Below the pieces are notes generated by a model. It saw only the letters and a list, made by a program, of their open reading frames with translations, did no database searches and was not told the DNA's origin. A program made the translations under genes and the position numbers. A stretch of DNA of 64,000 nt from an uncultured Planctomycetota bacterium (GTDB lineage: Bacteria > Planctomycetota > Planctomycetia > Isosphaerales > Isosphaeraceae), in contig CAVTTN010000002.1 of NCBI GenBank assembly GCA_963737655.1, positions 32,001 to 96,000 on the forward strand, read 5' to 3'. How positions within the stretch are numbered: the first letter of the stretch is position 1; each line of letters begins with the position of its first letter. This document shows, piece by piece, positions 52,769 to 63,892 of this stretch.

Positions 52769-53671
52769 ATGGCTCTGACCCGCCGCCAGATGCTCCTCGC
52801 CTCCGGGGCCGCCCTGCTCGGCCCGGCCGCCGCCGCCCGGGCCCTGTCGCCTCGATCCAGGGCCCCGGGCAAGAAGGTCCTGTTCTTCACCAAGAGCTCC
52901 GGGTTCCAGCACTCGGTCATCACCCGGAAGGACGGCAAGCCCGCCCTGGCCGAGACCATCCTGACCAACCTCGGCAAGGAGCACGGCTTCGACGTGGTCT
53001 GCTCCAAGGACGGCACCCTGTTCGACCCCGACAAGATCGGCCAGTGGGATGCCTTCGCCTTCGAGACCACCGGCGACCTCACCAAGGACAACCCCCACAA
53101 CGACGGCCCCTTGATGTCCAAGGACGGCAAGAAAGCCTTCCTCGACGCCATCCGCGCCGGCAAGGGCTTCCTCGGGATGCATTGCGCCACGGACACCTTC
53201 CACAGCCCCAGCGACAAGGACCTCGACCCGTACATCGAGATGATCGGCGGCGAGTTCATCACCCACGGCTCCCAGCAGAAGGTCAAGCTGGACATCACCG
53301 CCCCGAACTTCCCGGGCGTCTCGGGCTTCGGCACGACCTCGTTCGACCTCCTGGACGAGTGGTACGCGCTGAAGAACCAGCCGGACGACCTCCACGTGAT
53401 CCTCGCCCACGACACCTCGACGTTCCCGGATAAGAAGGGCGGCAACAAGTGCTACGACCGCCCCAATTTCCCCGAGACCTGGGCGCGGATGCACGGCCAG
53501 GGCCGCGTCTTCTACACCTCGATGGGCCACCGTGAAGACGTCTGGGAGAACCCGAAGTACCAGGGCCTCCTCCTCGGCGCCCTGATGTGGGCCACCGGAC
53601 AGGCCGAGACCGACATCAAGCCGAACACGTCGGTCGTCACGCCCAACTTCAAGAAGCTGAGCAACGCCTGA
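52769..53671 (+). CDS. ThuA-like domain protein with Tat signal
   Basis: TRRQML, FTKSSGFQH, HCATDT, DEWY, GRVFYTSMGH. Confidence 0.9.
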   Translation: MALTRRQMLLASGAALLGPAAAARALSPRSRAPGKKVLFFTKSSGFQHSVITRKDGKPALAETILTNLGKEHGFDVVCSKDGTLFDPDKIGQWDAFAFETTGDLTKDNPHNDGPLMSKDGKKAFLDAIRAGKGFLGMHCATDTFHSPSDKDLDPYIEMIGGEFITHGSQQKVKLDITAPNFPGVSGFGTTSFDLLDEWYALKNQPDDLHVILAHDTSTFPDKKGGNKCYDRPNFPETWARMHGQGRVFYTSMGHREDVWENPKYQGLLLGALMWATGQAETDIKPNTSVVTPNFKKLSNA

Positions 53672-53680
53672 TCGGCGAGC

Positions 53681-53722
53681 GTCGGGTGACATGCTTACGA
53701 AGACCTAAGCATGCCGCCCGAC
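53681..53722. repeat. Degenerate copy of the 51360 palindrome
   Basis: gtcgggtgacatgcttacgaagacctaagcatgccgcccgac. Confidence 0.7.
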
Positions 53723-53815
53723 GCGGCCTCTTGGTCAATCGAGCCCGGCCGACTATACTCCTCTCCATCACCCACCCGATCGGCCCGAAGGCCGGGGCTT
53801 CGCCCCGATCGTTGC

Positions 53816-54930
53816 ATGCTCGGTTCCCTCGGCGAACTGTACGTGGCCCGGCTCCGCGAGTTCTACCGCCAGCCGGCGCGGATCTTCTGGGTCTATGGGT
53901 TCCCCACCGTCCTGGCCATCGGCCTGGGCCTGGCGTTCCGCAATCCCGGCAAGCCGACGGTCGAGGTGGACGTCACCCTGACCGAGGATTACGGGCCCGT
54001 CGAGAAGCTGTTCCAGCTCCCGGGCGGCAGCTACCAGATGTTCCCCCAGTCGATGGGCTGGCAGAGGAGGAAGTTCGTCCTCCCCGCCGAGGGGGACCGG
54101 CCTCGGATCGAGATTCGTTTCTCCGAGGAGGAGGGCAAGACCCGCCTGGAAAAGGGGGAGACGGCCCTCCTGGTCACGACCGACCTCCCCAACCGGGTGA
54201 AATACCGCTTCGACCCCACCCGCCCCGAGAGCGCCTCGGCGCGGACCGTCTTCGACGACGTCCTCCAGAGGGCCAACGGCCGGACCGACCCGGTCGTCGT
54301 CGAGGAGGACATCATCCGCGAGGCCGGCTCCCGCTACATCGACTTCCTGATCCCCGGCCTGATCGGCCAGAACACGATGGGGGGCGGCTCTGGGGCGTCG
54401 GGTTCCTGATCGTCAATTTCCGGATCGCCAAGCTCCTCAAGCGGTTCATGGCCACGCCGATGCCCCGGCGAGACTTCCTCCTGGCGATCCTGGGGGCGAG
54501 GCTCACGTTCCTGATCCCCGACGTGGGCGTCCTGCTCTCGCTCGGCTATTTCGGGTTCGGCATGCCGATCCGGGGGAGCCTGTGGCTGGTGATCCTGATC
54601 GAGGTCGTCGGCGCCCTGGCCTTCTCGGGGATCGGCCTCCTGATCGCCAGCCGGGCCTCGACCACGGAGACCGTCAGCGGGTTGATGAATCTGGTGATGT
54701 TGCCGATGTGGATCTTCTCCGGCCTGTTCTTCTCCAGCTCACGATTCCCGGCGATCGTCCAGCCCGTGATCCAGGCCCTGCCCCTCACGCAGTTGCTGAA
54801 CGCCTTGAGGGCCGTGATCCTCCGGGGCGACGGCCTGACCGATCCCCCCGTCTATTTCGCCCTGGCGATCCTCTCGGCCTGGGCCGTCGGCACCTTCTAC
54901 CTGGCCCTGCGATTGTTCCGCTGGAGTTGA
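53816..54930 (+). CDS. ABC-2 permease, frameshift at ~54385
   Basis: REFYRQP..IFW, SRYIDFLIPGL, LKRFMATPM, FSGLFF, LPLT..LR; shift lies in a G run. Confidence 0.88.
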
Positions 54931-55572
54931 CGGCTCCCTGCGGAAGCGGGGATGGCCGAAGACGTCGAAGAAATCCCCCCAGACGCCTCGGCTCCCGGGC
55001 GAGGCGAGCGGAGGGACGTCCACCTCGTCGATCAGATGCTTCAGGAATGTCGCCTTGGCCAGCATCTCGACGTCCAGGAACGAGGACGCCGATTGCGGGA
55101 CGATCGCCTCCAACGCCTCCCGGCGATGGAGGCGGCACGGCGAGTGGACGTCGGCCACCGGGACCGCGAACAGCCCCCTCCAGAGGAGCCCGCCGAACCC
55201 TCGGGCCATCCGGGCGAAGAGTCCGACCCGCCTCCGGCCGATCACGTGATCGCAGGCGTCGATGGCCTTGAGCAACGGGTCGAGATGGTCGGCGGACCAC
55301 GGCGAGACGGCCCCGGTGACGAGCACCAGGGGGGCCGTCGCCCGGTCCAGGCCGCGCTCCAGGGCGCGAGCCAGGCCGTCCCGGGTCTCCACGACCACGC
55401 AATCGGCCTCGCGGCCCCGCTCTCGGAGCAAAACGGCGAGCCCTCGGGCCACGGAATCGGCGGCCGGGGCGTCGGCCGTCTCGATCGCGATCACGAGGAC
55501 CCCGGCCCCGGCCCGAGGCTCTCGCCGGAACTCCGGGTCGATCGGCTCCTCGGCCGTCTCGGCGGCCGTCAC
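54739..55572 (-). CDS. Degenerate GT2-like protein
   Basis: GLDRATAPLVLV, DHVIGRR, DVHSPCRLHRR, FLDVEML, EVDV; no DxD motif. Confidence 0.6.
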   Translation of the reverse strand: MTAAETAEEPIDPEFRREPRAGAGVLVIAIETADAPAADSVARGLAVLLRERGREADCVVVETRDGLARALERGLDRATAPLVLVTGAVSPWSADHLDPLLKAIDACDHVIGRRRVGLFARMARGFGGLLWRGLFAVPVADVHSPCRLHRREALEAIVPQSASSFLDVEMLAKATFLKHLIDEVDVPPLASPGSRGVWGDFFDVFGHPRFRREPSTPAEQSQGQVEGADGPGREDRQGEIDGGIGQAVAPEDHGPQGVQQLREGQGLDHGLDDRRES

Positions 55573-56441
55573 GACCGGCCGTCCCCGCCGAGCCATCGGC
55601 CGAGGGCGTCGCGGAACGCCCGTTGAAGGCGGCGGGTCACCGGGCCGGGTCGGCCGTCGCCGACGGGTCGGCCGTCGATCGTGGAGACGGGCATGACCTC
55701 GATGGTCGTGCCGGTCAGGATCACCTCATCGACCGAGGCGAGGTCGTCGGCCCGGAGCCGGGTCTCCACGATCGGCAGGCCCTCGTCGGCGGCGATCGAC
55801 GGAATCCCCCGGCGGGTCGTCCCCGGGAGGATTCCCGGGCCTTCGGGAGAGCCTTCCAGCCGGCCCTGGCGGACCCAGAGGAGCGACGAATGCGTCGCCT
55901 CGGTCACGAAGCCCTGGTCGTCGATCAAGAGGGCCTCATACGCCCCCGCCCGATGCGCCGCCTCGTTCGCCAGGACGTTCGCCAGCAGGTTCGTGCTCTT
56001 GACGTCGCACCGTTTCCAGCGGAGGTCCGGGCGAGTGATCGTCGGCACGCCGGTTTCCCGGAGGTCGGCGGTCGCCGAGTCGTCGTAGGGCCGGACGACG
56101 ATCAGCTCGGTCGGCGGGACCGGGGGATCGGGGAAGGCATGGAGCCGGGGGGCTACGCCCCGGGTGAGCTGGATATAAACGGTGGCTTCCTTCAACCGGC
56201 TCTCGGCGATCGTCCGTGCGATCCGGGCGCGGAGGCGGTCGAAGTCCACCCCGAGGAACTCCATCGCCGAGAGGCTTCGGCTCAAGCGGCCGAAATGGTC
56301 CTCTTCGAGCCAGAGGCGGCCGGAATAGAGCCGGAAGACCTCGTAGACCGAATCCCCGAACAGGAACCCCCGGTCCCAGATCGGCACCACGGCCCGATCG
56401 GCGGGGAGGATCTCCCCGTTTAGGCAAGCCAGGCTGTCCAT
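55569..56441 (-). CDS. Class IV aminotransferase (D-amino-acid / branched-chain type)
   Basis: DRGFLFGDSVYEV, CDVKSTNLL, VTE, ILPGTTR. Confidence 0.92.
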   Translation of the reverse strand: MDSLACLNGEILPADRAVVPIWDRGFLFGDSVYEVFRLYSGRLWLEEDHFGRLSRSLSAMEFLGVDFDRLRARIARTIAESRLKEATVYIQLTRGVAPRLHAFPDPPVPPTELIVVRPYDDSATADLRETGVPTITRPDLRWKRCDVKSTNLLANVLANEAAHRAGAYEALLIDDQGFVTEATHSSLLWVRQGRLEGSPEGPGILPGTTRRGIPSIAADEGLPIVETRLRADDLASVDEVILTGTTIEVMPVSTIDGRPVGDGRPGPVTRRLQRAFRDALGRWLGGDGRS

Positions 56442-56799
56442 GGTTCGACGATCGCCCCGGGAGGACTTCGATCGAGGACCAGGATAGCCGCAAGGCGGGG
56501 GCAATCCAAGCCTTGGGCCGGAAATCCCGGCGCCGATCGGCGGATCGGGCAGGAGGGGCGGACGCCCTCGTCCCCCGGCGGCGGGAGGGGTCGGCCCTCC
56601 CGGCCGAGGGCGGATTCGCCTTGACTGAATTTGGGAGAGATCCTAGAGTCCGGCCCGCCGTCGGGCCGCGCCTTCGCGCCGGTCGCATGGGGCCGTCCCA
56701 CAAGGATGTGGGCGGTCCCGACGGTCCTTTCGGCGTCCTTCGTCTCCTGGGCGGAGGATTTTCGAAACCGTTCGGTCGGTCGGCAAGGAGGCCCCCGCG

Positions 56800-58617
56800 A
56801 TGCGGCAATGGGAGATCGGGCGAATCGCGGCGATCGTCGCGGTCCTGGCGTTGACGGGCGCCGGGCCGGGCAAGACCCCCGCCCCGAAGAAGAAGCCGGA
56901 GCCCCCGCTGAAGGTCCGCGAGACCGTCGGCGACCTCGCCAAGGTCCCGCCCATGGCCGAGGTCCGCGTCGAGGGCGTCGGCCTGGTGATCGGCCTGGAG
57001 CGCACCGGCAGCGACCCCGAGCCCTCGGCCTATCGCCAGGCCCTTCTGGACCGGATGCGCAAGGACGGGCTGCCCAACGCCGAGCGATGGCTCGCCAGCG
57101 AGACCACCTCGCTCGTCCTGATCAAGGGCCGAATCCCCGCCGGGATCACGACTTCCGACGTCCTTGACGTCGAGATCGAGCTGCCCTTCACCTCGAAGAC
57201 GACCAGCCTGGTCGGCGGCAAGCTCATCAAGGCCGACCTCCGCCAGGTCGGCCTCACGGCCGAGGGGCAGAGGCTCCCCGACGGCCAGGTCATGGCCACG
57301 GCCAGCGGGCCCGTCCTGATCGGCTCGGACACCAACCCCGACGACCCGAGGATCGGCCGCATCCTCGGCGGAGGCCGGGTCAAGAAGGACCGCAACTACG
57401 TCCTGATGATCAACGAGAAGAGGAAGAGCGTCCGGACCGCGGCGATCGTCCAGTCGGTCGTCAACTCGCGGTTCAGCCGGCTCCGGGGGATCGACCAGGA
57501 GGGGATGGCCAAGGCGAAGTCCGACCTCTACCTGGATCTGATGGTCCCGGCGAACTACCACCACAATCAGTATCGCTTCTTCCAGGTGGTGGAGAACCTC
57601 TCGGTGGTGGACAACCCGCAGCTCCGGGCGGTCCGCATGGAGCAGTGGGGCCGGGAGCTCCTGGACCCGAAGACCGCCGGCCAGGCGGCGATCCGCCTCG
57701 AAGGGATCGGCCGGAACGCCTCGGACGTGCTCAAGACGGGCCTGAGCCACCCCCACCCGCAGGTCCGGTTCTTCGCGGCCGAGGCGCTCGCGTACGTCGG
57801 CGACGAGGCCGGGGCGACGGTCCTGGCCGACGCCGTGGCCAATCAGCCGTCGTTCCGCGCCTATGCCCTGGCGGCCCTGGCGGCCCTGGACGAGCCGGCC
57901 GCCCGGCTGAAGCTCCGGGGGCTGATGGCCCATCCCAACGTGGAAGTCCGCTACGGGGCCTTCAACGCCCTGAGGACCGCCTATGCCGACGACCCGTACC
58001 TCGGCCGGGTCCGCGTCCTCCACGACGAGCCCGAGCCGGAGCCCGAAGACGGCGACGCGATGGCCCTCCAGATCGCGGCCCCGAGGAAGAAGCCGATGAG
58101 GTCCGACCCGTTCGCCCTCTACGTGGTGGACTGCGAGGGGCCGCCGATGATCCACCTGTCCAAGACCCGTCGCTGCGAGATCGTGGTCTTCGGCCGGGGC
58201 CAGAAGCTGCTGACCCCCCTGGTCCTGGGCACCGGGCCCTACCAGGTCAACGCGATCGAGGGGGACCAGACGATCTGGATCAGCCGGATCGGGTCCGAGG
58301 CGATCGACGGCCCGGACCAGAAGATCGGCGCGGCGCCGGAGGTCGGTTCGGTGATCTGCGAGCTGGCGAACCTCGGGGCGAGCTACCCGGAGATCCTCGC
58401 CCTCCTCCAGTCGGCCGACCGGCAGAAGAACCTGCCGGGCGACGGCGCCCTGGTGATCGACGCCGTGCCGACGGCCCTGCCGGCCTACGACCAGGCCCAG
58501 ATCGCCGGGACCGACGCCACGGCGAAGAAGGACCCGGCCGTCGGCCGGGCCGGGGCGGAGGCTCCGGTCGAGAAGAGGCCGAGGAAGTCCCTGATCGACC
58601 GGGTCCTGAGGAAATGA
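56800..58617 (+). CDS. FlgI(P-ring)-like domain fused to HEAT repeats
   Basis: VEGVGLVIGL..TG, IPAG...DVLDVEI..TSLVGGKL; HEAT segment VRFFAAEALAY. Confidence 0.75.
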   Translation: MRQWEIGRIAAIVAVLALTGAGPGKTPAPKKKPEPPLKVRETVGDLAKVPPMAEVRVEGVGLVIGLERTGSDPEPSAYRQALLDRMRKDGLPNAERWLASETTSLVLIKGRIPAGITTSDVLDVEIELPFTSKTTSLVGGKLIKADLRQVGLTAEGQRLPDGQVMATASGPVLIGSDTNPDDPRIGRILGGGRVKKDRNYVLMINEKRKSVRTAAIVQSVVNSRFSRLRGIDQEGMAKAKSDLYLDLMVPANYHHNQYRFFQVVENLSVVDNPQLRAVRMEQWGRELLDPKTAGQAAIRLEGIGRNASDVLKTGLSHPHPQVRFFAAEALAYVGDEAGATVLADAVANQPSFRAYALAALAALDEPAARLKLRGLMAHPNVEVRYGAFNALRTAYADDPYLGRVRVLHDEPEPEPEDGDAMALQIAAPRKKPMRSDPFALYVVDCEGPPMIHLSKTRRCEIVVFGRGQKLLTPLVLGTGPYQVNAIEGDQTIWISRIGSEAIDGPDQKIGAAPEVGSVICELANLGASYPEILALLQSADRQKNLPGDGALVIDAVPTALPAYDQAQIAGTDATAKKDPAVGRAGAEAPVEKRPRKSLIDRVLRK

Positions 58618-58624
58618 CCGCCCA

Positions 58625-58654
58625 GGCCCCCCTCAGCCCGGGCTGAGGGGGGCC
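58625..58654. terminator. Perfect 30-bp palindrome after the stop codon
   Basis: ggcccccctcagcccgggctgaggggggcc; no U tract. Confidence 0.45.
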
Positions 58655-59191
58655 GTCGGGCCGGTCCGTCGCGTCCCATCTGCTGCGATCCCCCCCATCC
58701 CGCCCCTCCCCCGCCGGGGCTTCCGGCCCCATCCCCCCCTCCCCGCCGTGCGCCCCCATCCCCCCGATGGCGACCCTCGCGCCAGCCCATCCTAAAGTCC
58801 TACGCCGTGAAGATCGAAAATTAGTCTTGACGGTCAGTTCCGCCCCCGGCAAGGACGCCTTCGAGCGACCCTTCCCGGCCCCCGGACCGGCGACGCCCCC
58901 GACGAGGGGACGGGCCGACTCGGGGGGTCCGGCGGACGACGGGGACACGGCCCCTGGACTTCGCCTCCCCGGCGAATCCCCGGGGATGGCCACCGGACTG
59001 GCACAGGGAAGGGCGTCGGCAGGGATCGCCGGACGAGCGCGGAAAGACGATCGGCCCAACCGGCCCCGGGCCCCTCGCCCGAGGCCGTGCCGATCGCCGT
59101 CCGCCTCGCGCCGGGCGCCTCGCCCGACGCACCGGAGGGTTCAGGAAACCTCCGAGGTCTCGCACGGAAACCCGCGAGTGGAGTCCTCGAT

Positions 59192-59768
59192 ATGAAAAAG
59201 GTGTTCACCACCGGCCAGGTCGCGAAGATCTGCAAGGTCGCGCCCCGGACGGTGAGCAAGTGGTTCGACTCGGGCCGCCTCCGCGGCTACCGAATCCCCG
59301 GCTCCCAGGATCGCCGCATCCCCCGAGAGCACCTCCTGCGGTTCCTCAAGGAACACGGGATGCCCCTGGGGGACCTGGAGGCCGAGGTCTATCATAAAGT
59401 CCTGGTCGTCGGCGCCGACGCCCCGCTCCTGGCCGTCCTCCGCGAACACCTCCGCGAGACCGACGACTTCCGGATCGAGACGGCCGCCTCCGGCTTCGAG
59501 GCCGGCATCCGCGCCGAGAGCTTCCACCCCGACTGCATCGTCATCGACCTGGCCGTCGGCCGGATCGAGGCCGGGCAGATCGCCCAGAACCTCCGGCAGC
59601 AGCCAGGACCACCTCTCCACGATCCTGATCGCCCTCACGAGCGACGAGCCGGGCGAGGAGACCTACAGCCTGGGCTTCAACGACGCCTTCAAGAAGCCGT
59701 TCGACGGCGCCCTGCTCGCCGAGAGGGTCCGCCGCCTGATCTCCCAGAAAAAAGCCGACGAGCCCTGA
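59192..59768 (+). CDS. HTH (excisionase-type) plus receiver-domain response regulator, frameshift at ~59605
   Basis: FTTGQVAKICKVAPRTVSKWFDSG..GYRIPGSQDRRIP; PDCIVID; continues ILIALTS..FKKPFD in another frame. Confidence 0.88.
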
Positions 59769-60092
59769 GCCGTCCCGATCGGCTCGGACCATCCACTCGC
59801 GGCCCCTCGACGGGCCCGGGGCCTCCCCCTCGCCCGAAACGGCCGGGGCGAGGCCCCGGGCCCGTCGGCGCTGAGGGACGCTCGCCGGTTCGACGTCCGC
59901 CGAGGTCGCCGGCCGGGCCCTTTGAGGAAGCCCGACGGCCTGGACGGGCCGAATTCGGCCATTCCGAGGGAGGTGCGGAATTCCCTTGTTCGTGCGGCGG
60001 GACCCGCTAGGCTCTTCAGGATCGCGTCGTCGCGAGAAGAGGGGTTCGGCGCCGCATCCGGCGCGGCGCACCTTCAGCGGGAGGATGTCACC

Positions 60093-60926
60093 ATGCTGCG
60101 TCGAGACCGTGTGTCTGCGGCCGGGCCCGTCCGGGCCCTCGGGCTAGCGGGGCTCCTCGTCCTGTGCGGCGTCGGGGCGACCGCCCGGGCGGACCTTCTT
60201 GATCAGACCGGGTTCGAAGCCCCCACCTTCACCGCCAACCAGACGGTGGACGGCCAGGGCGGCTTCACGGTCCCCCTGGGCAATGCGGCGGCGGTCACCG
60301 TCTCGACCGATTCGCCGAACTCGGGGAGCCAGGACCTGCTCTTCACGGGCACCAACCTGACCGACGTCTACCCGCCCGACGGCTACTTCCAGGCCACGGC
60401 CGCCGTGACCACGAATTACGACGTCGTCGCCAACGGCAATTCCAGGCTCGTCCTGGATGCCTACCTGATGCTCCACGGCGACAGCACGGCGACCGGGATC
60501 GGCCACACCGGAGACCTCGTCAGCATCAACCTCGAAGCCAACCTGGCCGACGGCAGCTACTTCTCGACCTACCTGTCGTCCGACGGGAACGCCTATGGTT
60601 TCTCCAACGACTATGACGCGATGACGTTCGTCGGCCTGACCGGCTATCACCACGTCACCCTGGTCCTCGACTTCAGCACCGACACGGCCTCGTATCTCGT
60701 CGATGGCATGCTCTTCGGCACGAAGTCGTTCGACCCCTCGACCTCGACGACGCTGGCCTCAGCCTCGCTGACGATGTACGACTTCGCGCTGCCGGACGCG
60801 CCGGCCGATTACACCGCCCGAGTGGATGATTTCTCGGTCCGGGCGGTGCCGGAGCCGTCGTCGGTCGTCCTCTGCCTGATCGGCGCCCTCGGAGTCTCGC
60901 GCCGCCTGGCCAGGCGGCGCTCCTGA
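60093..60926 (+). CDS. PEP-CTERM exported protein
   Basis: Signal peptide; VPEPSS, TM segment and RRRS terminus. Confidence 0.92.
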   Translation: MLRRDRVSAAGPVRALGLAGLLVLCGVGATARADLLDQTGFEAPTFTANQTVDGQGGFTVPLGNAAAVTVSTDSPNSGSQDLLFTGTNLTDVYPPDGYFQATAAVTTNYDVVANGNSRLVLDAYLMLHGDSTATGIGHTGDLVSINLEANLADGSYFSTYLSSDGNAYGFSNDYDAMTFVGLTGYHHVTLVLDFSTDTASYLVDGMLFGTKSFDPSTSTTLASASLTMYDFALPDAPADYTARVDDFSVRAVPEPSSVVLCLIGALGVSRRLARRRS

Positions 60927-60939
60927 GGCCTCGCCGGCC

Positions 60940-62460
60940 TCAATGGATCGGCACGCCTCCGCCGTCGTCCCCTCCGCCGGCGGCCCGGGCCCGGTCCTGG
61001 TCGGCCGGGAGGAACTTCGAGCCGATCAGGAAGCAGAGGCTCCCGGCGATCAGGACCGGGATGATCAGCAGCATCCCCGCCGTGAAGTTCCTCGGGCCGG
61101 TCGCCCCGTGGACGTCCGCCGCCGCCTTCGCCCCTTCGATCGCCGGGGGCTCGGCCGGCCTCGCGCCGATGGATTCGAAGAATTTGCCCATCGGCGAGGC
61201 CAGCGCCGCCGGCTCGGCCAGCTCTCGCGAGAGGCGGCCGATCAGGGGGGGCGACGGGATGTCTCCCAGCAGGTGCAGCAGGAAAATGCTCAGCGCGAAG
61301 CCGGCCGCCCGGCGATTCGAGGGCACCACGTTCGCCGTGATCGTGTTGCACGGGCCGAGGCACGACGTCAGCAACACGCTGGCCACGAACAGGAACCCCA
61401 GCGCCACATATTTCGACGGGCTCAAAAGCCCCATCGTCCCGAACGGGATCGCCAGGAGGACCGCCGACCCGGCCCAGAGCATGTAGGCGCGTTTGGTCGT
61501 CTTCAGGAGCTTGTCGGGCAGCCACATGCTTAGCAACACGCCGACGATCCCCGCCACGGCCAGGGGGACGCCGATCAGCAGGTTGTCTTGCGGGCGGGTC
61601 TTGTGCACATACTGGAAGAACGTGGGCATCCAGTGGCCATAGGCCCCGATCGTGAACGTGACGGCCGCCATCCCCCCGGTGTTCAGCAGGAAGCTCGGCG
61701 TCTTCACGATCGCGAGATAGTCGGCGGCCGTCGGCTTCGGCCCCCGCGAGTGGTCCTTCCCCTCGGAGGCCCCTCGGCCCGGGTCGCGGATCAGGAGCCC
61801 GGCCATCGCCAGGACGAGTCCGGGGATGCCGACGACCCAGAACGCGGCCCGCCAGCCGTGGAGGGTCCACGCGATCGGCCCAAGGCCGACCCCTCCGGCC
61901 CAGCGGGTGATCGCCTCGGCGTGGGCCGTCGTGATCGCCTGGACGCTGCCGCCCAGCCCGTAGCCGATCGCCGTCCCCACCGGCAAGGCCAGGTAGAACA
62001 GGCCCATGACCCGCCCGCGGAGCCTCGGGGCGAACAGGTCCGCCAGGAGGGTCGGCGCCACGACGCCATAACTCGCCTCGCCGACGCCCAGCAAGGCGCG
62101 GGCCAGGAGCATCTGCCCGGAATTCGCCGCGAAGGCCGTGCCCGCCGTCGCCACGCTCCACAGTCCCACGCCGAACGCCAGGATCTTCCGGCGGCTGTAG
62201 CGGTCCCCCAGCCAGCCGACCAGGGGCGAGACGATCGTGTAGACGATCATGAACGACGACCCGAGATAGCCGAACTTCTCCGGGTCGGGCTCGATGTCCC
62301 TCATGATCGCCGGGCCGACGGCCGCGAACACGTAGCGATCGACATAGTTCAGCAGATTCATGCTGAACAGGACGCCCAGGGCGAACAGGGCCCCCCGGGC
62401 CATCGCGGGTAAAGCCGGGGACAGGCCCGCGACCGAGGGGCCGGGCGAGGAGTGCGTCAT
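60940..62460 (-). CDS. MFS transporter, spinster-like
   Basis: NLLNYVDRY, GWLGDRYSRR, RALLGVGEASY, LLHLLGDIPSP. Confidence 0.92.
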   Translation of the reverse strand: MTHSSPGPSVAGLSPALPAMARGALFALGVLFSMNLLNYVDRYVFAAVGPAIMRDIEPDPEKFGYLGSSFMIVYTIVSPLVGWLGDRYSRRKILAFGVGLWSVATAGTAFAANSGQMLLARALLGVGEASYGVVAPTLLADLFAPRLRGRVMGLFYLALPVGTAIGYGLGGSVQAITTAHAEAITRWAGGVGLGPIAWTLHGWRAAFWVVGIPGLVLAMAGLLIRDPGRGASEGKDHSRGPKPTAADYLAIVKTPSFLLNTGGMAAVTFTIGAYGHWMPTFFQYVHKTRPQDNLLIGVPLAVAGIVGVLLSMWLPDKLLKTTKRAYMLWAGSAVLLAIPFGTMGLLSPSKYVALGFLFVASVLLTSCLGPCNTITANVVPSNRRAAGFALSIFLLHLLGDIPSPPLIGRLSRELAEPAALASPMGKFFESIGARPAEPPAIEGAKAAADVHGATGPRNFTAGMLLIIPVLIAGSLCFLIGSKFLPADQDRARAAGGGDDGGGVPIH

Positions 62461-62602
62461 GGGTCGCGAGATCTCGTCGTGAGGGATTCGTGAGGATGGC
62501 GCGAGCGATCCCTCGGTTATACCCACTCCGGCCGCCCCCGACGAGATCAGCGGGCCGGACCCTCAGGCCCGATTCCTTCCCGGTGGAAGAGTCTTCCGAA
62601 GG

Positions 62603-62648
62603 TTTTGGGTGGCGCGGGTCCCGCACTCGGGACCCGCGCCACCCAAAA
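62603..62648. repeat. GTGG-type palindrome
   Basis: ttttgggtggcgcgggtcccg-cact-cgggacccgcgccacccaaaa; could also act as a terminator. Confidence 0.7.
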
Positions 62649-62706
62649 TGCTCCCGGCCGAAGTCTCCCAAAAAAGGAAACGGCCCTGGCCCGATCTCAA
62701 CCCAGA

Positions 62707-63892
62707 TCAATCGGGCTCGTCGTTGGTTCGCGAGGTCCGCCCCGCCGGGGCCTCGGGAAACCTTCCGCCGATCTCGGCGTCGAGGAGGACGAGGAGCTCG
62801 CGGTCCGAGGGCATGGTCCCGGGGATTCTCAGGATTCCGTTCTTCGATTCGAGGAGGCCCGGGACGATCCCGGCCGACATCACCAGGGTCTGGCCGATCG
62901 GCCAGTTGGTGATCGGCTGGTTCAGCCTGGTCTCGGAGACCTCGGGGACGTTGATCGTCATGTCGTTGGGGCCGATCTCCCGTCGGGTGAGGATCGACGT
63001 GCGGATCAGCCGGCGGACGACGTTGGTCCTCAGGTCCACGGCGAGGTCCAGGGCGTCGCCGTCGTAGGTCAACAGCGGGCTGATCGTCAGCCAGACGCCC
63101 TCTTCCAGCTTCTGGACGGCCGGCTGGAACCCCACGCCGACGGCGCCGTCGCGCTCGGCCCCGGCGATGTAATCGACCGGCTCGACCTTCTCGACGTGGA
63201 GGTTCTGGCCGTTCACGGCCTTGATCGAGGCGTCGTAGAGGATCTCGAACCCTCGGTAGAGTTGCATCTGGCTCAAGAGCATGGCGGCGTCGCCGACGCT
63301 CATGGTCCAGACCTGCTGGCCCTGGGGGCCGCCTCCCAGGGCGGTCATCCGGGCGTGGGCGAGGTATCGCCATCGGGTGTCCGCGGCCCGGACGAGGCGG
63401 ACCCTCAGCTTGAGGAGGTCGGCCTCGGACTTCGTGAAGCGCTTGACGATCCCGTCGACCTGTCGGAGCTTCTTGGGCGTGTGGTAGGCGCGGATCTGCG
63501 TCTTGGAGGCGCTCAGGACGGTGATCTTTTCGCCGTGCCAGTCGGTCGAGCCGGTGGTCCGGAAGATCCAGTCGATGATCCGGGATTCGGGGTGGGGGTT
63601 GTACGAGTTGCCGGCCATCGCGGTGTATCGGGCGATGTTCCAGGTCTGCGAGGTCATCCCCGGCTCGGGCCGGAAGTCGGTGGGCGGGGCGTTGTCGCCG
63701 GGCGGCGAGGGGGCCTCCGCCTCATCGACGGCCGGCAAGTCGTCGGGGTCCTTCGCGGCCTTGATCGAGCCGGAGGCGCCGGTCTTGCGCTTCTTGCGAG
63801 CCGCCGAGGGGCTCGTCCTGGGCCAGCAGGCGGCTCGCCGGCAGGAGGCCGCCGCTCAACAAAGCTACCGCCAGGGCCATCCGCCGGTTCAT
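62707..63892 (-). CDS. Exported hypothetical protein (secretin-like C-terminal strands possible), frameshift at ~63810
   Basis: MNRRMALAVALL signal at 63892; body ORF 62707-63738. Confidence 0.65.
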
